From the NCBI GenBank assembly GCA_964016885.1, contig OZ024740.1:405604001-405668000 (forward strand): 64,000 nucleotides of DNA. Direction: 5' to 3'. This document shows positions 11,998 through 26,334 of this stretch, piece after piece. The notes beneath the pieces are model-generated. The model was not told where the DNA came from, made no database searches, and saw only the letters and a list, made by a program, of their open reading frames with translations. The position numbers and the translations under genes are program-made. The DNA comes from Eledone cirrhosa (taxonomy: Eukaryota). The first letter of the stretch is position 1; every line of letters starts with the position of its first letter.

Positions 11998-13163
11998 TAC
12001 TTGGTCGCTTTGTCCAAACAAACAAGGAAAATAATGCGGTGTTATCCGGTGTTTGCTTATTTATGTACTTTTTAAAGTTATACCACAAGCACGATCCAAT
12101 TTCAATATCCGGTTGGAACTCGTCCCTTTATTTATCTCATCAATGACCTTATTTGTTCGTATTTTCTCTTCATATCATATATCCCTCTCTTTTTTATGAG
12201 AATATTTTGTATTTTCCCTCTCTTTCAGATGATAATTTAGCGTATTTTCCTCTCTTTGTCATACTCCCATTTCCTCTAGATAAGTTGTCATGATTTACAT
12301 CTTCAAATAAATAAATTAAAAATATAAACCTTTTGTTGGTATTTAAATGGAGTAATTCTTTTAAAATAAACACTAAAAGTTATTGTTGTTTTAATTAATT
12401 TTTATAGATTTGAAGAGAACAGATAGATCTTTATTGTTATTTCAACTATATATCCTCTTAATTTAAGTATCTTTACTTATAAATATGTATGTATGTGTGT
12501 GTGCATGTATGAATGACGTATGATGTATATATATATCATGTATGTAAAGAGGGGCACCATTTTATTCAAATTAAATGTATTTGTGATTCCCCAAAAATAT
12601 TTTTTACAGACTTTATTTTTGGGTGGGGTGTACACTATAATCTTTTAAATGTTTAGAACCTCAAATAGATTTAATCGAGCCCTGCTTAAGGATTTTTTTT
12701 AAATATTGCAGAACATCATTTTCATGTATTATGATGTTTTTAAGAACATCATTTTCATGTATTATGATGTTTAACATCATTTTCATGTACTAAATGATGT
12801 TTTTAAGGAATTCTCTTATAATAGCGGCGATGTATTTGTTTTGCAAGGTTTTTTTTAAATATGAAATCGTGTGTTGAAACAGATATTGTTATATTTGAGG
12901 AGGGTCATGTTGTCCTAATATTGCCAGAAATAGTAAAACACACTCACTGTTTGGTTTGGTTTTCACTTCAGTATATCTTTATATTTCTATAAATAATTTA
13001 GCCGGCAATCAATGTTCATCATTGGTTGACCAACAGTTAAAAATATAAATATAAATTCTTAAAGTTATTTCATCGCACATATCTGTGACATCTTCAGTGA
13101 TTACCATGTTTCCGTTTTTTCCGTGTTTCCTCCCATTGTGTTCCTATAATGTTTTTTTTTATT

Positions 13164-13226
<63 letters not shown>

Positions 13227-13389
13227 CAGATGCAATAACAACAACCACATAAAAACACTAACACACAATAGTGACCATTGTGTGTTACTGTTTGTCAGTG
13301 GAGTCCATGGTAGCTATAGCTATGGCTCAAGAAATGAAGAGTGAGTGAGGCTCCTGGAATTCTGTGATGCAAATTAACTATCCATTTGC

Positions 13390-15105
13390 AACAGGATACC
13401 GGCCAGTCACCTGATCACATATCAATCAGGTGAACACACAAACTAGATTGATTTCTTACTTGTAAGACAACAAATAAAGGGACTGTAATAAATGGGGGTT
13501 GCATAGATTGGTACGAGGTAGCTAAGAGAGAAGTTAGATGACAGATATACACAGCTTGGAGAGAGGCTGAAAAAAGAAAATTTGTCATTGTCTTGAGACA
13601 TGTAGTGTTCTGCATTGCAAGACAGTGTGTTAGTGTGAAGTGGGATGTTGTTGGGGAAAGATATGTTAGAAATGACACTGGTGCACTTAGCACCACTGTG
13701 GCTCAAAAGAAAGAGGCCTGGAAATGTTACTATGAGAGACTGATGAATGTAGAGAATGAATGGGAGGAAGACCAGCTATTGAAGTTGACAGTTATAGGGT
13801 CAAAGATGCAATCAGGAAGATGAAAAATGGTAAAGCTGCAGGACCATTAGGAATAGTTGCTGAGATATTAAAAGCATCAGGAGAAGTAGGAGTCAAACTA
13901 GTAACCTGTATAATCAATCAGGTTATACAGGATGGAGTCATACCCAATGACTGGCGCAGCAGTACAATCGTTAATTGCAACAAGAGGAAAGGGGATGCTC
14001 TAGAAAGGAGCAACTATAGAGGAATAAAACTGATGGACCAAATTATGAAATTGATGGAAAGAGTTATAGCGTAGATAATTAGAGAAAGGGTCAAAATAGA
14101 TTAGATGCAGTTTGGTTTCATGCCTGGGAAAAGTACTATAGATGCTCTCTTCTTAGTGAGGCAACTACAAGAGAATTTCCTAGCCAAAAATAAGATGCAG
14201 TATTTAGATTTTGTTGATCTAGAAAAGGCCTGTGACAGAGTACCTCGATCTACAATCTGATGGTCCTTAAGGAGATTAGGTGTAAAAAAAAAGGTTGGTG
14301 AGAGCAGTGCTAGCAATGTAAATCTTGGGTACACAAGATACGCAGTGGGATAACATGTAGACTAACAGGAAGGGAAGACTTTGTATATAGAAGATGTATC
14401 AGTGATATAAACCTTTTCCAATCACTTGAAGGATCCATAGATGTGGTTGATAGCTTCTGCTATCTGGGTGACTTAATTAGCAGTGGAGGAGGGTGTTCTG
14501 AGAGCATAATAGCTAGAATAAGGATAAGATGGAAGAAGTTTTGGGAGCTACACTTCTGTTGACAACAAAAGGTTTCTTCCTATGTACAAAAGGATGACTA
14601 TATGGCACTTGCATGTGAAGTGTGATACTGTATGGTAGTGAAACATGAGCAGTGACTGCAGAGGACATACGTAGACTGGAGGGAAATGAAGCAGCGATGC
14701 TTCATTGGATGTTCAATGTAAGTGTGGGAGAACTGAGGGAGAAACTAGGTTTAAGAAGAATCTGAAGTGGTGTGCAAGAGAGAAAAATGTGTTGGTATGG
14801 ACATGTGATGTACATGGATGATGATCGCTGGGTGAAGAAATGCTGGGAAATTCTAGTTGAAGGAAGCCACAGTAGAGGTAGGGCATGAAAGACCTAAACA
14901 GGGGGGTGAGAGCTAATCTAAAATCACTGAAAGACCTGAACAGAGGGGGTGAGAGCTAATCTAAAATCACTGAAAGACCTGAACAGAGGGGGTGAGAGCT
15001 AATCTGAAATCACTGAGACTCACAAAGGAGATGACGAAGGAACACAGTGAGTGGAGAGATGCAAGCGTGGAAACACTGAAGTAAAAATAATGATGATGAT
15101 GATGG
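13390..15105 (+). mobile_element. degenerate RTE LINE
   Basis: KAAGPLGIVAE, NYRGIKL, QFGFMPGKST, FVDLEKA and YGSET motifs with stops. (GAT)n tail at about 15090. Internal 43-bp triplication at 14888-15015. Confidence 0.88.
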
Positions 15106-15599
15106 ATTGAAGACTGGTTTGAAAAACACAACCCCCTGGAAGAGAAAATATAATTATAACAACAAAGATAAATTATTAATTGATATCTAACATTCTATTT
15201 TTCACTAGAATTAAAACAAACAAACAAAAAATACCTTTATCAGCATGATGAAAATGATTTATTTACATTTTGTTTTATTATTGTTGTTGTTTTTTATATA
15301 TAGCTGTTAGACTTCAAACATCGGATGAAGTCTGTAAGGAGAAGCAGCAGGATGTGTATGAGAGACATTTAATGTTAAAACATATACAAGGATACTGTTT
15401 GAGAATTGGGGTAAGTAATAATTCATGCAAGTTAATCTGTTATGGTATATATAAATGAAATAAAGTACAATGGTTGTTAAAATTATGTCATTTTCATTTT
15501 AATCTATTTTTATTTATTTACTTGTTTATTGCATTTGATATTTTTTATGACACAAAAGACCTATTATTTTGAAAGACAATGGGGTTATAAATTAGCAAA

Positions 15600-16222
15600 T
15601 GCCAACATGAAGACCTGGCTTAATTGTATACATGTTTACAATAAGCAAATATCGTATAAGCTAGAAGGGATGAAAGCTAGAAGTCTTTGCAAGCAGTGCT
15701 CTAACAGCCACAGCACTTTCTAAACTGAAACCACTCTGGAGAGACAAAAACACTACTCTCAGATGAAAAATAAAACTTCAACGTACGTTGGTCCTATCCA
15801 TCTTTCTATATGTATGAGTCATGGACCTTGATCATTTAACTGCAGAGAAAGATCCAAACAGTGAAAATGAGATGCTATAGAAGAATCCTGGGAATTTCCT
15901 ACACAGAACACATCACAAACAAGGAGGTCCACCTGTGAACCACTTTGAAGATCTGCTGACCACAATGAAGAGGAGGAAATTGAGGTGGTATGGGTATGTA
16001 ACAAGACTCTCTAAGATAAAATTCTCCAAGGAATAGTGCGGGGAAAGAGAAGATGGGGCAGACAGAGGAAGCGGCAATCAGACAACATAGCTGAGTGGAC
16101 AACAAAGAACTCTGCCACAACTCAAGCACTCACCTATGACTGCCCGAGATGGAGACAGTTGGTGCAGCGTTCAACACTATATTGTCTCAATGACCCCGAA
16201 AAGGGTTAAGGGACCATGATGA
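15600..16222 (+). mobile_element. RTE-clade LINE 3' fragment (a different family)
   Basis: Degenerate ATALSKLKPLWRDKN..LVLSIFLY..ESWTL..MRCYRRILGISYTEHITNKEV, ending in GATGAT. Confidence 0.7.
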
Positions 16223-16512
16223 TACACGCTAAATGAGGTCAACAGCTTTTCTTTAGAATAGTAATGTGAGCTGAAAGGTCAATAATTTAGATCCCAACAC
16301 TGGAACTGTACCATGTCTTTCTGATTCAGCTACTTACATTAAAGACAAATATTGTTCACTGTTGTATAAGTGATAACAGTTCTTATCAGTTTCAAGTACT
16401 AAATTCAAATCCCACCCCTTTGCTGTGATAAGCTAGGTCAGTGTTTCTTAACACTGGAAAATGAACTAAATTCCAGATACTATAGTCAACCGTCTCTTAT
16501 CTTTCACAATAG

Positions 16513-16740
16513 TTGAGTTATTGTCCCAAGATATAGAGGACATGCTAACAGAGTGGGCACTGGTACATGGGGGCATTCTTGAATTGAAGGGGAGTCAGAA
16601 ATTATTTAATGGCATTGCTTGTGAAGCTCCGTTAATTTACTTGTTAAGGATGCCCACCAATTTGACAGGATTTGAATACTCTCAACTAGATTTCATGGAT
16701 CATGACTCTGGATTAATGCATTCCCCTTATTATCTATCAG
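16513..16740 (+). other. candidate exon of an unidentified plus-strand gene
   Basis: Acceptor TCTTATCTTTCACAATAG and donor CAG/GTACTT. The 228 nt are open in phase 1-1 (ELLSQDIEDMLTEWALVHGG...SPYYLS). No homology recognised. Confidence 0.35.
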
Positions 16741-19700
16741 GTACTTCTTTAATAATTGTGATTCTATATGGTGCAAGTGTGGCACATTCCTAGATTACTG
16801 TAGATGCAACTGTTTGTCTTTTAGACATAACAGCAGCAAGCTGTCAAGAGATTTTAAATTATAATAATTGTTTCTACTTTTGGCACAAGGCCAGCAATTA
16901 CTCAGTACATTACTGGTACTTTATTTTAAATAATAATAATAATGAAATTATTGTGTACAGTGCTCAGGTGCACTACAACTCATCAAAGGTTATACATAGA
17001 ATAATATACAAATGTCAGGGAAGTGAATAGTGTATGAGTGAATATTGTATGAGTCATGATATACATGTGTATGTGTATGGAGAGGGAATATTAGGTGTAG
17101 TGTTGGCGAATCTCAGGAAGCATGGAGGTTTTAAAGGATGCAGTGTCTCAGCAGTTAACAACTGATACAGGTAGTTTGTTCCATGCTTCAGCAACTCTGA
17201 GCATGAAAAAATGTTTCCGAAAGTCATGGGAACTGTGCTGTTTTCTGACTTTCTGGACATACCCACGTGTGTTAGACACATGAAAATCAAAAAGGTACTC
17301 AGGGTTGTTGTTGGCAAGATGGTTAATAATTGTGTGGGTGTTTACCAAGTCAGTTGCCAGACATCAGAGCTTCAATGTATCCATGCCCAGGGAAGCAAGG
17401 CGTTCAGAGTATGGTAGATGCCTGATGGAGGGTATTCACTTGGTTGCACGTCTCTGAACAGTTTCCAAGCGGTCAATGTTCTGAGCAAGATAGGGGTTCT
17501 TGACTGGTGATCCAAATTCTAAGTGTGGCCCACCATAGCTATATACAGCTTTAAATAGATAGTTGGAGAGTGGCTGACAAAGGTCTTGCTGGGTGATGCT
17601 AAGACACCCTCTGCCTTCTTGATAATTTTAGAGACGTGCTTCGTCCAACACAAATCGCTGCTGACCGTAATGCCCAGGTCACGTTCACAAGAAGACTTCT
17701 TGATATTAGTGTTGTGGAGGGAGTATGTGGATGCTGGGTTTTTACTCCCAAAATGCATGGTGGTACATTTGTCCACAGCCAGCTTGAGTTGCCAGTCTGT
17801 GATCCATTGTTGCATTGTGTCCAGGTCAGATTGCAGGCAAGATCTATAGTGTTCAGGATCTGTCCTTTTTATCTCAAGGTACAGCTTGTTGTCATCTGCA
17901 TATTTCAGTACTGTGGAATTCTTTAAGTTGGCATCTGTGTCATTAATATAAGCCACAAACAAAAGGGGGCCAAGAGCAGATCCCTGTGGTACACCAGATG
18001 ACATCTCATGTGGTGAGGAATGCTGTCCTAGAACCGTGACTACCTCTCTTCGACTGAGAATGAAGGACTTCAACCAGTTAAAAAGATCATCCTTCACACC
18101 CATTGCAGAGAGTTTTGCCATAAGTCTTTTGTGTGGCACAGAATTGAAAGCTTTAGCAAAGTCAAGGTAAACAACATCCACCCATGAGCCACCATCAGTG
18201 ATCCGGGTGATGTCTTCAAGAAACTCGATAAGTTGATCACAGCAGCTGGATTTAGGGATAAATCCAAATTGCGAGGGCCGGATAAGACTGTGAGAGTTCC
18301 AGAAGTTCCAAAGCATTTCTCTGACACAGGATTCCATCAGTTTGGCGATGCAGCCAGTAAGACTGACTGGACGATAGTTCACAGGTGATGTGCAGTCACC
18401 CTTTTTGAACAGAGGAATGACACTGGCAGTTTTCCACTGTTCTGGAGTAGCACCGTTGTCCAGACAGAATTGGAAGAAACGTAATAGCTGGTGCAGAAGG
18501 AAGTACCCACCACGTTTGAGAAGCAGGTACGTAACACCATCAAGACTAGGAGAGGCGTGGTTGTGTTTACTTTTAGGTGATGTCGCAGCATTGCAGGTGT
18601 AAATTCCATAGTTGTAATAGAATTCGATGTCAGAGGTGGTGGAGATGGAAGACTCTGGTCTTCAATAGTGAAAATGCCTGCATAGCATCCGGCAATGAGT
18701 TCTGCGCATTCCTTGGAGTCATCAGTAACCTGGCTTGTATGGGGATTGCGAAGAGGACCAACTGGAGAGTGAGGCCTCTACTTTGAGTGAACATACTTCC
18801 AGAACACCTTACTGTCAGGGCTGGTTGCTATGCGCTGCTCAAATTTAAGCACTGCCATTTATGTCACCTGTTTGAGATGGTTGGATGATTTATTTTGCTT
18901 CTTCCTATTGATATCTGATTTATGCAGTTTGTACTCACGTTCAGCATTACAACATTCTTTTCTGGCAAGACGGACTGCTGCAGTCTCCCAAATTGCACTT
19001 TTGGGATGTTTTTTTCTGCTTACGTGGCACCGATGCTGCACATGCTGTCCATATTGAGCTCAGGATGTTCTGGAGTACAGTGTTGACATCTCCAGAGTCG
19101 TAGAACTCAAGCCAGTTTGGACGTTGCAACTCGGTGCAGTAACAGTTCCAGTCTGCTTTATTCCAGTCAAAGTGAGCAGTTTGGAGATGGTTGTGGTTTT
19201 TGTTACTGCCCATGAGGGATAGATTGGCAATGATCATAGCATGATCAGAGTTACCTAAAGGTTCCTCAGTAGTAACACTAATAACCGTTTCAGGAGTAGT
19301 GGTGAAGAGTAGATCCAAACTGTTGTCATCTCTTGTTGGGGAGGTGACTACTTGGGACCAGTTTGAGTCCAGCACTAGCTCAAGGAAGTCATTTGCACTT
19401 TGTGGCCAACGAAAGGTTTCCCAGTCAATCTCAGGGTGATTGAAGTCCCCTGCAATAAAAACATAAGTGGCTGTTTTACTGGCAGCAACTCTGAGGATAT
19501 CACAAAGTTGAGTGTCCTGATGGTAATTTGGAGGACGGTAAACGACTCCAAGTAGCAGTGTTGACATGGTATACGTATATTGCAGAAAAATACTTCTTGC
19601 TGTGATTGGTTCAAATCAACACAAGGAATTGCCGACAAATTTGACCAAACGTAGACCATTGCACCACCACCACGATGATTAATATGCTCTTTACGAAACA

Positions 19701-21365
19701 AGTTGTAGCCAGTTATGCTGAAAACCCCATCACAGAGTAAGGAATGTGCCCAAGTTTCCGTGACTGTAATGAAGTCAGGGTTGATACTTTTGACGTAGGA
19801 GTCAAAAAGATGCATAGACTACGTGCATTCAAGGACAACAATTTGTACCTTGGTTCCAGTCTATGATTATGTGCAGGGGATGGCAAGTTGTTCTGATTTA
19901 GTTTCCCAGAGTTTTTTCAGTTTTTTTATTGTCAGTTGTTGTGGATACAGTGTTTTCAGACCAGTTGGTATCTCTTTTCCATGTTTCACCAGCCTTAATA
20001 AACTTCCATATCTGCCCATCATCACGTAAGCTGAAGCATTCATGTTCTGCTGAGCTGTGGTTTAAGGAAGCTGCATCACGCAGCTTTGGAGGGACATCAG
20101 GTGGAAGACCAGGGCATATTTGGAAGGCAATCCGACTTTCACGCCTAGCTTTATCAGAGGCCAAAAGATATGAACGTGCCTCAGTTGAGTTCGAAAAAGA
20201 CAGTCTAATTAGCCTGGGTTTCGGATCTAGTCGGCCAAGGCGTAGAGAACTCTTCAGGGGAGCACAGCTCAAGTCTTTGGATGAACTGGCATCAAATGGC
20301 AATCACTTCATGGTTTACAGATTCAGTGGCATTGTCAATGTGTCTAGATTCGGCAAGAGGTACATGGAGATTTTTTAACAAGGCACTCCGGTAAGATCCC
20401 TCATTGTGAGGTTCTACACGAACGCTTGATTTTATTCCCGCTATTTCTCGGCTTAAGGCCGAAATCATTTGCCGTATTTCCTCAAACTCTGTATTGACGG
20501 TCGATTTTTGTTGTTGTTCTTCAACAGGCATGGTAGGGGAAGACACAGTCGTCGGTTGTTGTTGTTGTAAAGTAACGGGAGGGGGAGGGGGAGACATGGG
20601 TTGCTGTTGTTGATGAAGTCCTTCAACAGGAGTAGTAGCGGAAGCTACGGTCGTTGGTTTTTTGGTTTTTGGTTTTTGCTGTTGTTCAGGAACAATGGTA
20701 GAGGAAGACACGATCTTCGGTTTTTGTTGTTGTTGTTCAGCAGCAATGGTAGAGGCAGACATACAAGCCAGGCACTGAAAGGAACAATTTGTTAGCTGGA
20801 CCATTTCCCAGAGCCCATCCATCATAGAAGTATGGTGTCTCTTTTTCTGACCGGAGATCTTTCGAAAGTTTGTGGCACATTGAAGACAAACAGAAACACG
20901 ACATTTGCCACATTCGACCCATCGATTTGAGAAGGAGTTCTCTGGTTCTGTACATAGATGACAGACGTGATTTTCTGGGCAATGTTCTATTTTGGAACTG
21001 TGGGTATGGTGTGACGTGTGGTGGCCGGAAGCGGGGGAGTGCTCGACCGGAAGGGTGCTTGGCCGGAAGGATGCTCGACCGGAAGGGCCAGCAGAGGGCC
21101 TCTCTAGTGGTGACCAGCAACGGGGTGGACGCGAGTTTTGGCAGCTCCCGGTGTTAAGCAGTTGGACGCACGTGGAAGAGGAGTAACCTGCAGTAGAATT
21201 TAGCGGCGCCTATGAAAAGTGGTAAGTGAGATAGCTTTTTCTAACCACAAGCTATTTCGGCACTGGAAACTGAGATCTGATTGAAAAAAAAAAAAAAAAG
21301 CTACTGGAAAAACAGAGAGGAGCCTGTTGTTTTTTTTTATCACGTACCGCAAGACAAATTAGAAG

Positions 21366-23560
21366 ATGGCGACAAGACTACGAACAAGCGAAGCTATCAG
21401 GGCATTTACCGGGGAAGGTGATGTTGTCGCTTGGCTGCGAAAAGTCCGGCTGGTCGCAAGCTTGCAGAAGATAGAAGATGTGGCTGGCTTCATGGCACTG
21501 TACCTCGAGGGGGACGCGTTGGTACTCTTCCTTGAGTTGGACGAACACAGCCAAAGAGATGCGCAAAAGATTGAGAGGCGCATGATAGAAGCATTCGCAG
21601 AGGGACCGTTAGCCGCTTTCGCTAAGCTGGCAAGAATTAGATGGAACGGTGAACGAGTCGACATTTTCGCAGCGGAAATACGGCGATTGGCTATGTTGGC
21701 TGGATATCAGGTGGAATGCGAACGCACGGTGCGGTTGGAGTTCATAAATGGATTTCCAGACGACATAGCGGTGAAACTGCAGCAAGTCCCGGGTTACAAA
21801 GAAATGGAAATGCGTTCACTGGTGGAACAAGCCTGGATCATAGCAGAAGATGCCAAAAAGAGTGTTGCGGCGATAGCAACTTCAGAGGCTCAAGACAGCT
21901 GGCAGCGAAATGGTGAAAGGGAGGCAACCACGGCACGCGGTCGCCCGCGAACGTTTAGAGGTTGGTGTTTTCGGTGCCAGGGCCCGCACATGGCTAGAGA
22001 CTGCAGAGAGTCAAGGCCAGAAATAATATGCTACCGGTGTATAGGGGAGCAGTCAGCAAAGTTAGGATTAGCAATGAGTATAGCGAGGAATTTAGCGTAC
22101 AGGTTGGGGTCCACTAGGGCTCTGTTCTTAGCCCACTCCTGTTCATCATAGTCCTGCAGGCAATAACGGAGGAGTTTAAGACCGGATGCCTATGGGAACT
22201 CCTGTATGCTGATGACCTCGCACTTATAGCTGAATCTATGGTAGAACTAGAGAATAAATTCCAAACTTGGAAGCAGGGACTAGAAAGAAAGGGCCTCAAA
22301 GTCAACATGACAAAGACTAAGGTCCTTGTAAGTAGACGAGAAAACAGAGCCAGATGCCCTCAGGGAAATGGCCTTGCTCAGTATCTAGGAAAGGTGTAGG
22401 TAGGAACTCCATTCTCTGCCCCAAATATGCAAACAATGGGTACACAAGAGATGTAGCGGGATCTCAGGAAGCTTAATTAAGAATGTAGGCTTCACATGCA
22501 GTAGCTGTGCTGGGACAGCAAGCAGCAAACAGCCACAGGAAACAAGTACCACCAATCTCTGGGAAGGCTCTGTAGAAACAGTAGACAGCTTCTGCTACCT
22601 AGGTGACAGAATTAGCAGCGGAGGTGGGTGTTCAGAAAGTACAATAACTAGGGTAAGAACGGGATGGAAGAAGTTTAGGGAACTACTACCACTGCTAGCT
22701 GCAAAAGGCTTCTCCCTCAGAATGAAAGGCAGACTGTATGATGCGTGTATCCGAACAGCAATGTTGCATGGTAGTGAGACCTGGGCGCTGAAGGTGGAAG
22801 ACTTACGTAGATTAGAGAGAAACGAAGCCTGCATGCTCCGATGGATGTGTAACAGTAATATACGTGAACGACAAAGCATAAATGAATTGAGAGAGAGACT
22901 GAGCATAAGAGGAATCAAATGCTGTGTGCAGGAGAGGCGGTTGCACTGGTATGGACATGTGATGCGTATGAAGGATGACAGCTGCATAAAAAGGTGCAGA
23001 GCACTAGAAGTCGATGGAAACCGCGGAGTGGGGAGACCCAAGATGACCTGGGATGAGGTGATAAAAGCCGACCTTACCCAATTACACCTCTCAAAGGCAA
23101 TGACACACAACCGTGACTTCTGGCGTCACACAGTAATTCAGAGTACCCGACCTCCCATGGGTACAAGCTGAAGCATATAGACAATATGACCCCACACCGC
23201 TAGGTGGTCGTGGAGGTGCCATGGAAAAAAAGCACCCAGCCCACACTGTAAAGTGGACGTGTAGGCGCCACGAAAAAGCACCCAGCACTCACTGTAAATG
23301 AGGTTGGTGTTAGGAAGGGCATCCAGCTGTAGAAATCAAGCCAAATCAGTTCCTGTATGAGCAAGGCATGGTCAGCCGACCGGACACTGCCCACAACAGG
23401 ACAACCCGTCTAACCCATGCTAGCGTGGAAGAACGGACGTAAAACGGTGATGATGATGATGATGATGTAAGCAACCAGGCCACATCGCTGTTAACTGCGA
23501 CCAGGGAAACGATCCAAGGGGAACTACTGCGCCGGTAGTTGCCTCTTACAAGTAGAGGCG
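21366..23560 (+). pseudogene. gag: Gypsy gag, split by an RTE insertion
   Basis: First knuckle CFRCQGPHMARDC. The second knuckle CYRC|KQPGHIAVNC is split at 22041/23470. Confidence 0.85.
22042..23465 (+). mobile_element. 5'-truncated RTE LINE nested in Gypsy gag
   Basis: GSVLSPLLF, LYADD and HGSETW motifs, (GAT)n tail, and TGTA repeated at both junctions. Confidence 0.92.
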
Positions 23561-23569
23561 CTGCCTGTG

Positions 23570-26334
23570 ATGGAAGTCTTCGTGAGGGGAAAGCCACAGT
23601 GAGCCCTCGTGGACACAGGCTGTACGACGACACTGGTGACCGCGGGGGTGGTGCAGAGGTGGAGAGGGAAGAGCAGCGTAAGGGCAGTCGACGGCAGGAA
23701 AATTGAATGCCGAGGCCGCAGCGAGATGGAAATAGCGGTACGGGGAAGGAAAATAAGGCTTTCTGCCATCGTAGTGGACAGCGTGGTGGATGGGATCGGC
23801 GTGGTTATGGGCATGGACGCAATTGGCCATCTAGGAGGCGTCACAGTGAACAATGTCGGTGTGTCGTTTGGCCCCGCTGCATCGGTATGCGCGCGACAGG
23901 AGAACCAGAATGCCCACGAGGAGAAATACCCAGCTTACACTGTGCAGGACAAAGACTTCAAGGCCGTGTTCGATGGGTTGTTGAGTGGTACTGGAAGGGA
24001 GAACCACCAACACTGAAGACCAAAGTGGGCTGCTATCAACACACATTGAAGGGAAACATTAGGAGCGAGTTCGAGCGAGAGGTAGAGAGATGGATTTAGG
24101 AGGGCATACTGCTTCCCTGGAAAGAGGAGGTGAAGTATGGAGTATTGCCGTTAATGACGGTGGCGCAACCCATGAAGAACAAGGTGAGGCCGGTGCTGGA
24201 CTTTCAGGAGCTGAACGAGCACGTGTCATGCCACACGGGTGGCGAGGTCACGGATGTCTGTGGGGAAACCCTGCATGAGTGGAGACGCATGACGGGGGGT
24301 TCAGCAATCGTAGATCTAAAGTCGGCATACTTGCAATTGTATATAGATGAGAAGCTCTGGCAGTATCAGCTGGTCAGGTATAAGCGCCGGACATATTGCC
24401 TGACCAGGCTCGGTTTCGGGCTGAGCTCCGCACCGAAGATCATGGCGGAGGTCCTCAAGACCATTCTGGGAAAGGCCGACAAGATGAAGTGGGCCACTAA
24501 CTCCTATATTGAGGACATCCTAGTGGACGAGTCTGTGGTGTCGGCGGCAGAGGTCACGAGCCATTTACAGGAGTATGGACTGACTGCGAAGCCGTCAGAA
24601 GCGTTAGAGGGAGGAGCCGCGCTGGGACTTAGGCTACGGCGAGATAAGACGGGCGTCTTGGTATTCCAGAGGGGAAATGAAGTTCCAGAACTGGGCCCAA
24701 GTATGAGTAGGCGGGAGCTTTTCTCGGTGTGTGGAAAGTTGGTGGGTCACTACCCGATTGCTGGGTGGCTCCGGACGGCATGCAGCTATGTCAAGAGACG
24801 AGCGGGAGGAGTGACAGAGTGGGAGAGAGGACGGTGGCCATGATGCAGGAGATCGTGGGGAGGGTGAAGGCCGACGACCCAGTGTGGGGCGCTGGTATGT
24901 TCCCAAATCACAGAGCGGGACCGTATGGTGCGATGCCAGCAGCATAGCGCTGGGTGTCACGTTGGAGATAGGAGGTGTTGAGGTCGAGGATGCAGCCTGG
25001 CTTAGGAAGAAGGACGACTGCAACCACATCAATGTGGCCGAACTGGACGCAGTGTTGTGAGGGGTGAACCTCGCCCTGAGGTGGGGACTGTGCACCATCA
25101 AGATACGCACCGACTCGGCTACTGTACTCGGATGGGTGAGATCAGTGCTCACCAGTGAGAAGAGAGTGCGAACGAGAGGGGCGGCGGAGATGCTGATAAA
25201 ACGCCGCCTGGGAACTTTAGGAGAGCTGGCCACCGAGTTCGACCTGAGGCTGAGCATAGTTTTCGTGCCCTCAGAGAAAAATAGGGCGGACATCTTAACT
25301 AGGGTGAAGAAAGCCTGGATGGAAGCGCAGGAGGAGGTAGAAGATAAGATAGCTGCTGTGTGCCGGCTGACCGAGTCGGATCTGAAAGGGTTGCATGACA
25401 TGCACCACATGGGAGTGGATAGGAGCCTGTTCCTAGCCAGGAGAATCGACTCGGACGTTAACAGACACAGTGTTCAAAGGGTGGTTAGAGGCTGCGTCTG
25501 ATGTCAGTCCATTGATCCCGCCCCGGGTGTACACGAAACGGGAAGCCTCCCGGTGGATCGCGACTGGAAGCGATTGGCGGTGGATGTAACGCACTACCGA
25601 CAGGGAACGTACCTCTCGATGATCGACTGTGGACCAGGACGGATGGCGATATGGAGGGAGATGAAGACTGGAACGGCCGAGGAAATCATGCGGTCGTTGA
25701 GAGAGGTGTTCTTGGAGCGGGGCCCTGTGGACGAACTGCTGATGGACAACAGCGCAGCGTTCCGCTCGGAGGCGCTGAGGGAGATGCTCGATGGATGGAA
25801 GGTGGACCGTTTCTTCAGAGCAGTGTACAGGCCGAGCGGGAATGGAATTGTGGAGCGACACCACCGGACGATCAAGGCAATGGCGGAGAGGGGCCATATC
25901 TCACCAATGGAGGCAGTGTTCTGGTACAACATGTCCCCTCGGGTGGCACAGGTCGAGGAATCGGTGCCACACAGAGCACTATTCAGATACGAGTGGCGGC
26001 ACCCGTGCACGCCACCACAACGGCCAGTAGAGAGAGAGAGAGTGCATTCGTGCAGGTGGGCGAAGAAGTCTGGGTTAAGCCCCCAGATGCACGTTGTACA
26101 TCTCAATAGGGAAGGGGAACAGTGACGGCCGTAAATTCCCAGAACAATGTGTCCGTGGACGGAGCACCACGTCATGTCCTGGATGTCCGTAGAATCACTG
26201 TGTCAACGGACTCCGAGGAAGAGGAAACCGAAAGTGCTGCCCCAATACCGCGGAGATCGCAAAGAAGTCGTAAACCACCAGCTTGGACAGCAGACTTTCA
26301 TATGCAGAAGGACGAGGGGGAAATTGATCCTTGA
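23570..26334 (+). pseudogene. pol: Gypsy pol (PR-RT-RH-IN), frameshifted
   Basis: ORF pieces 23609-24016, 24130-24843, 25064-25501, 25553-26125 and 26122-26334. Confidence 0.88.
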
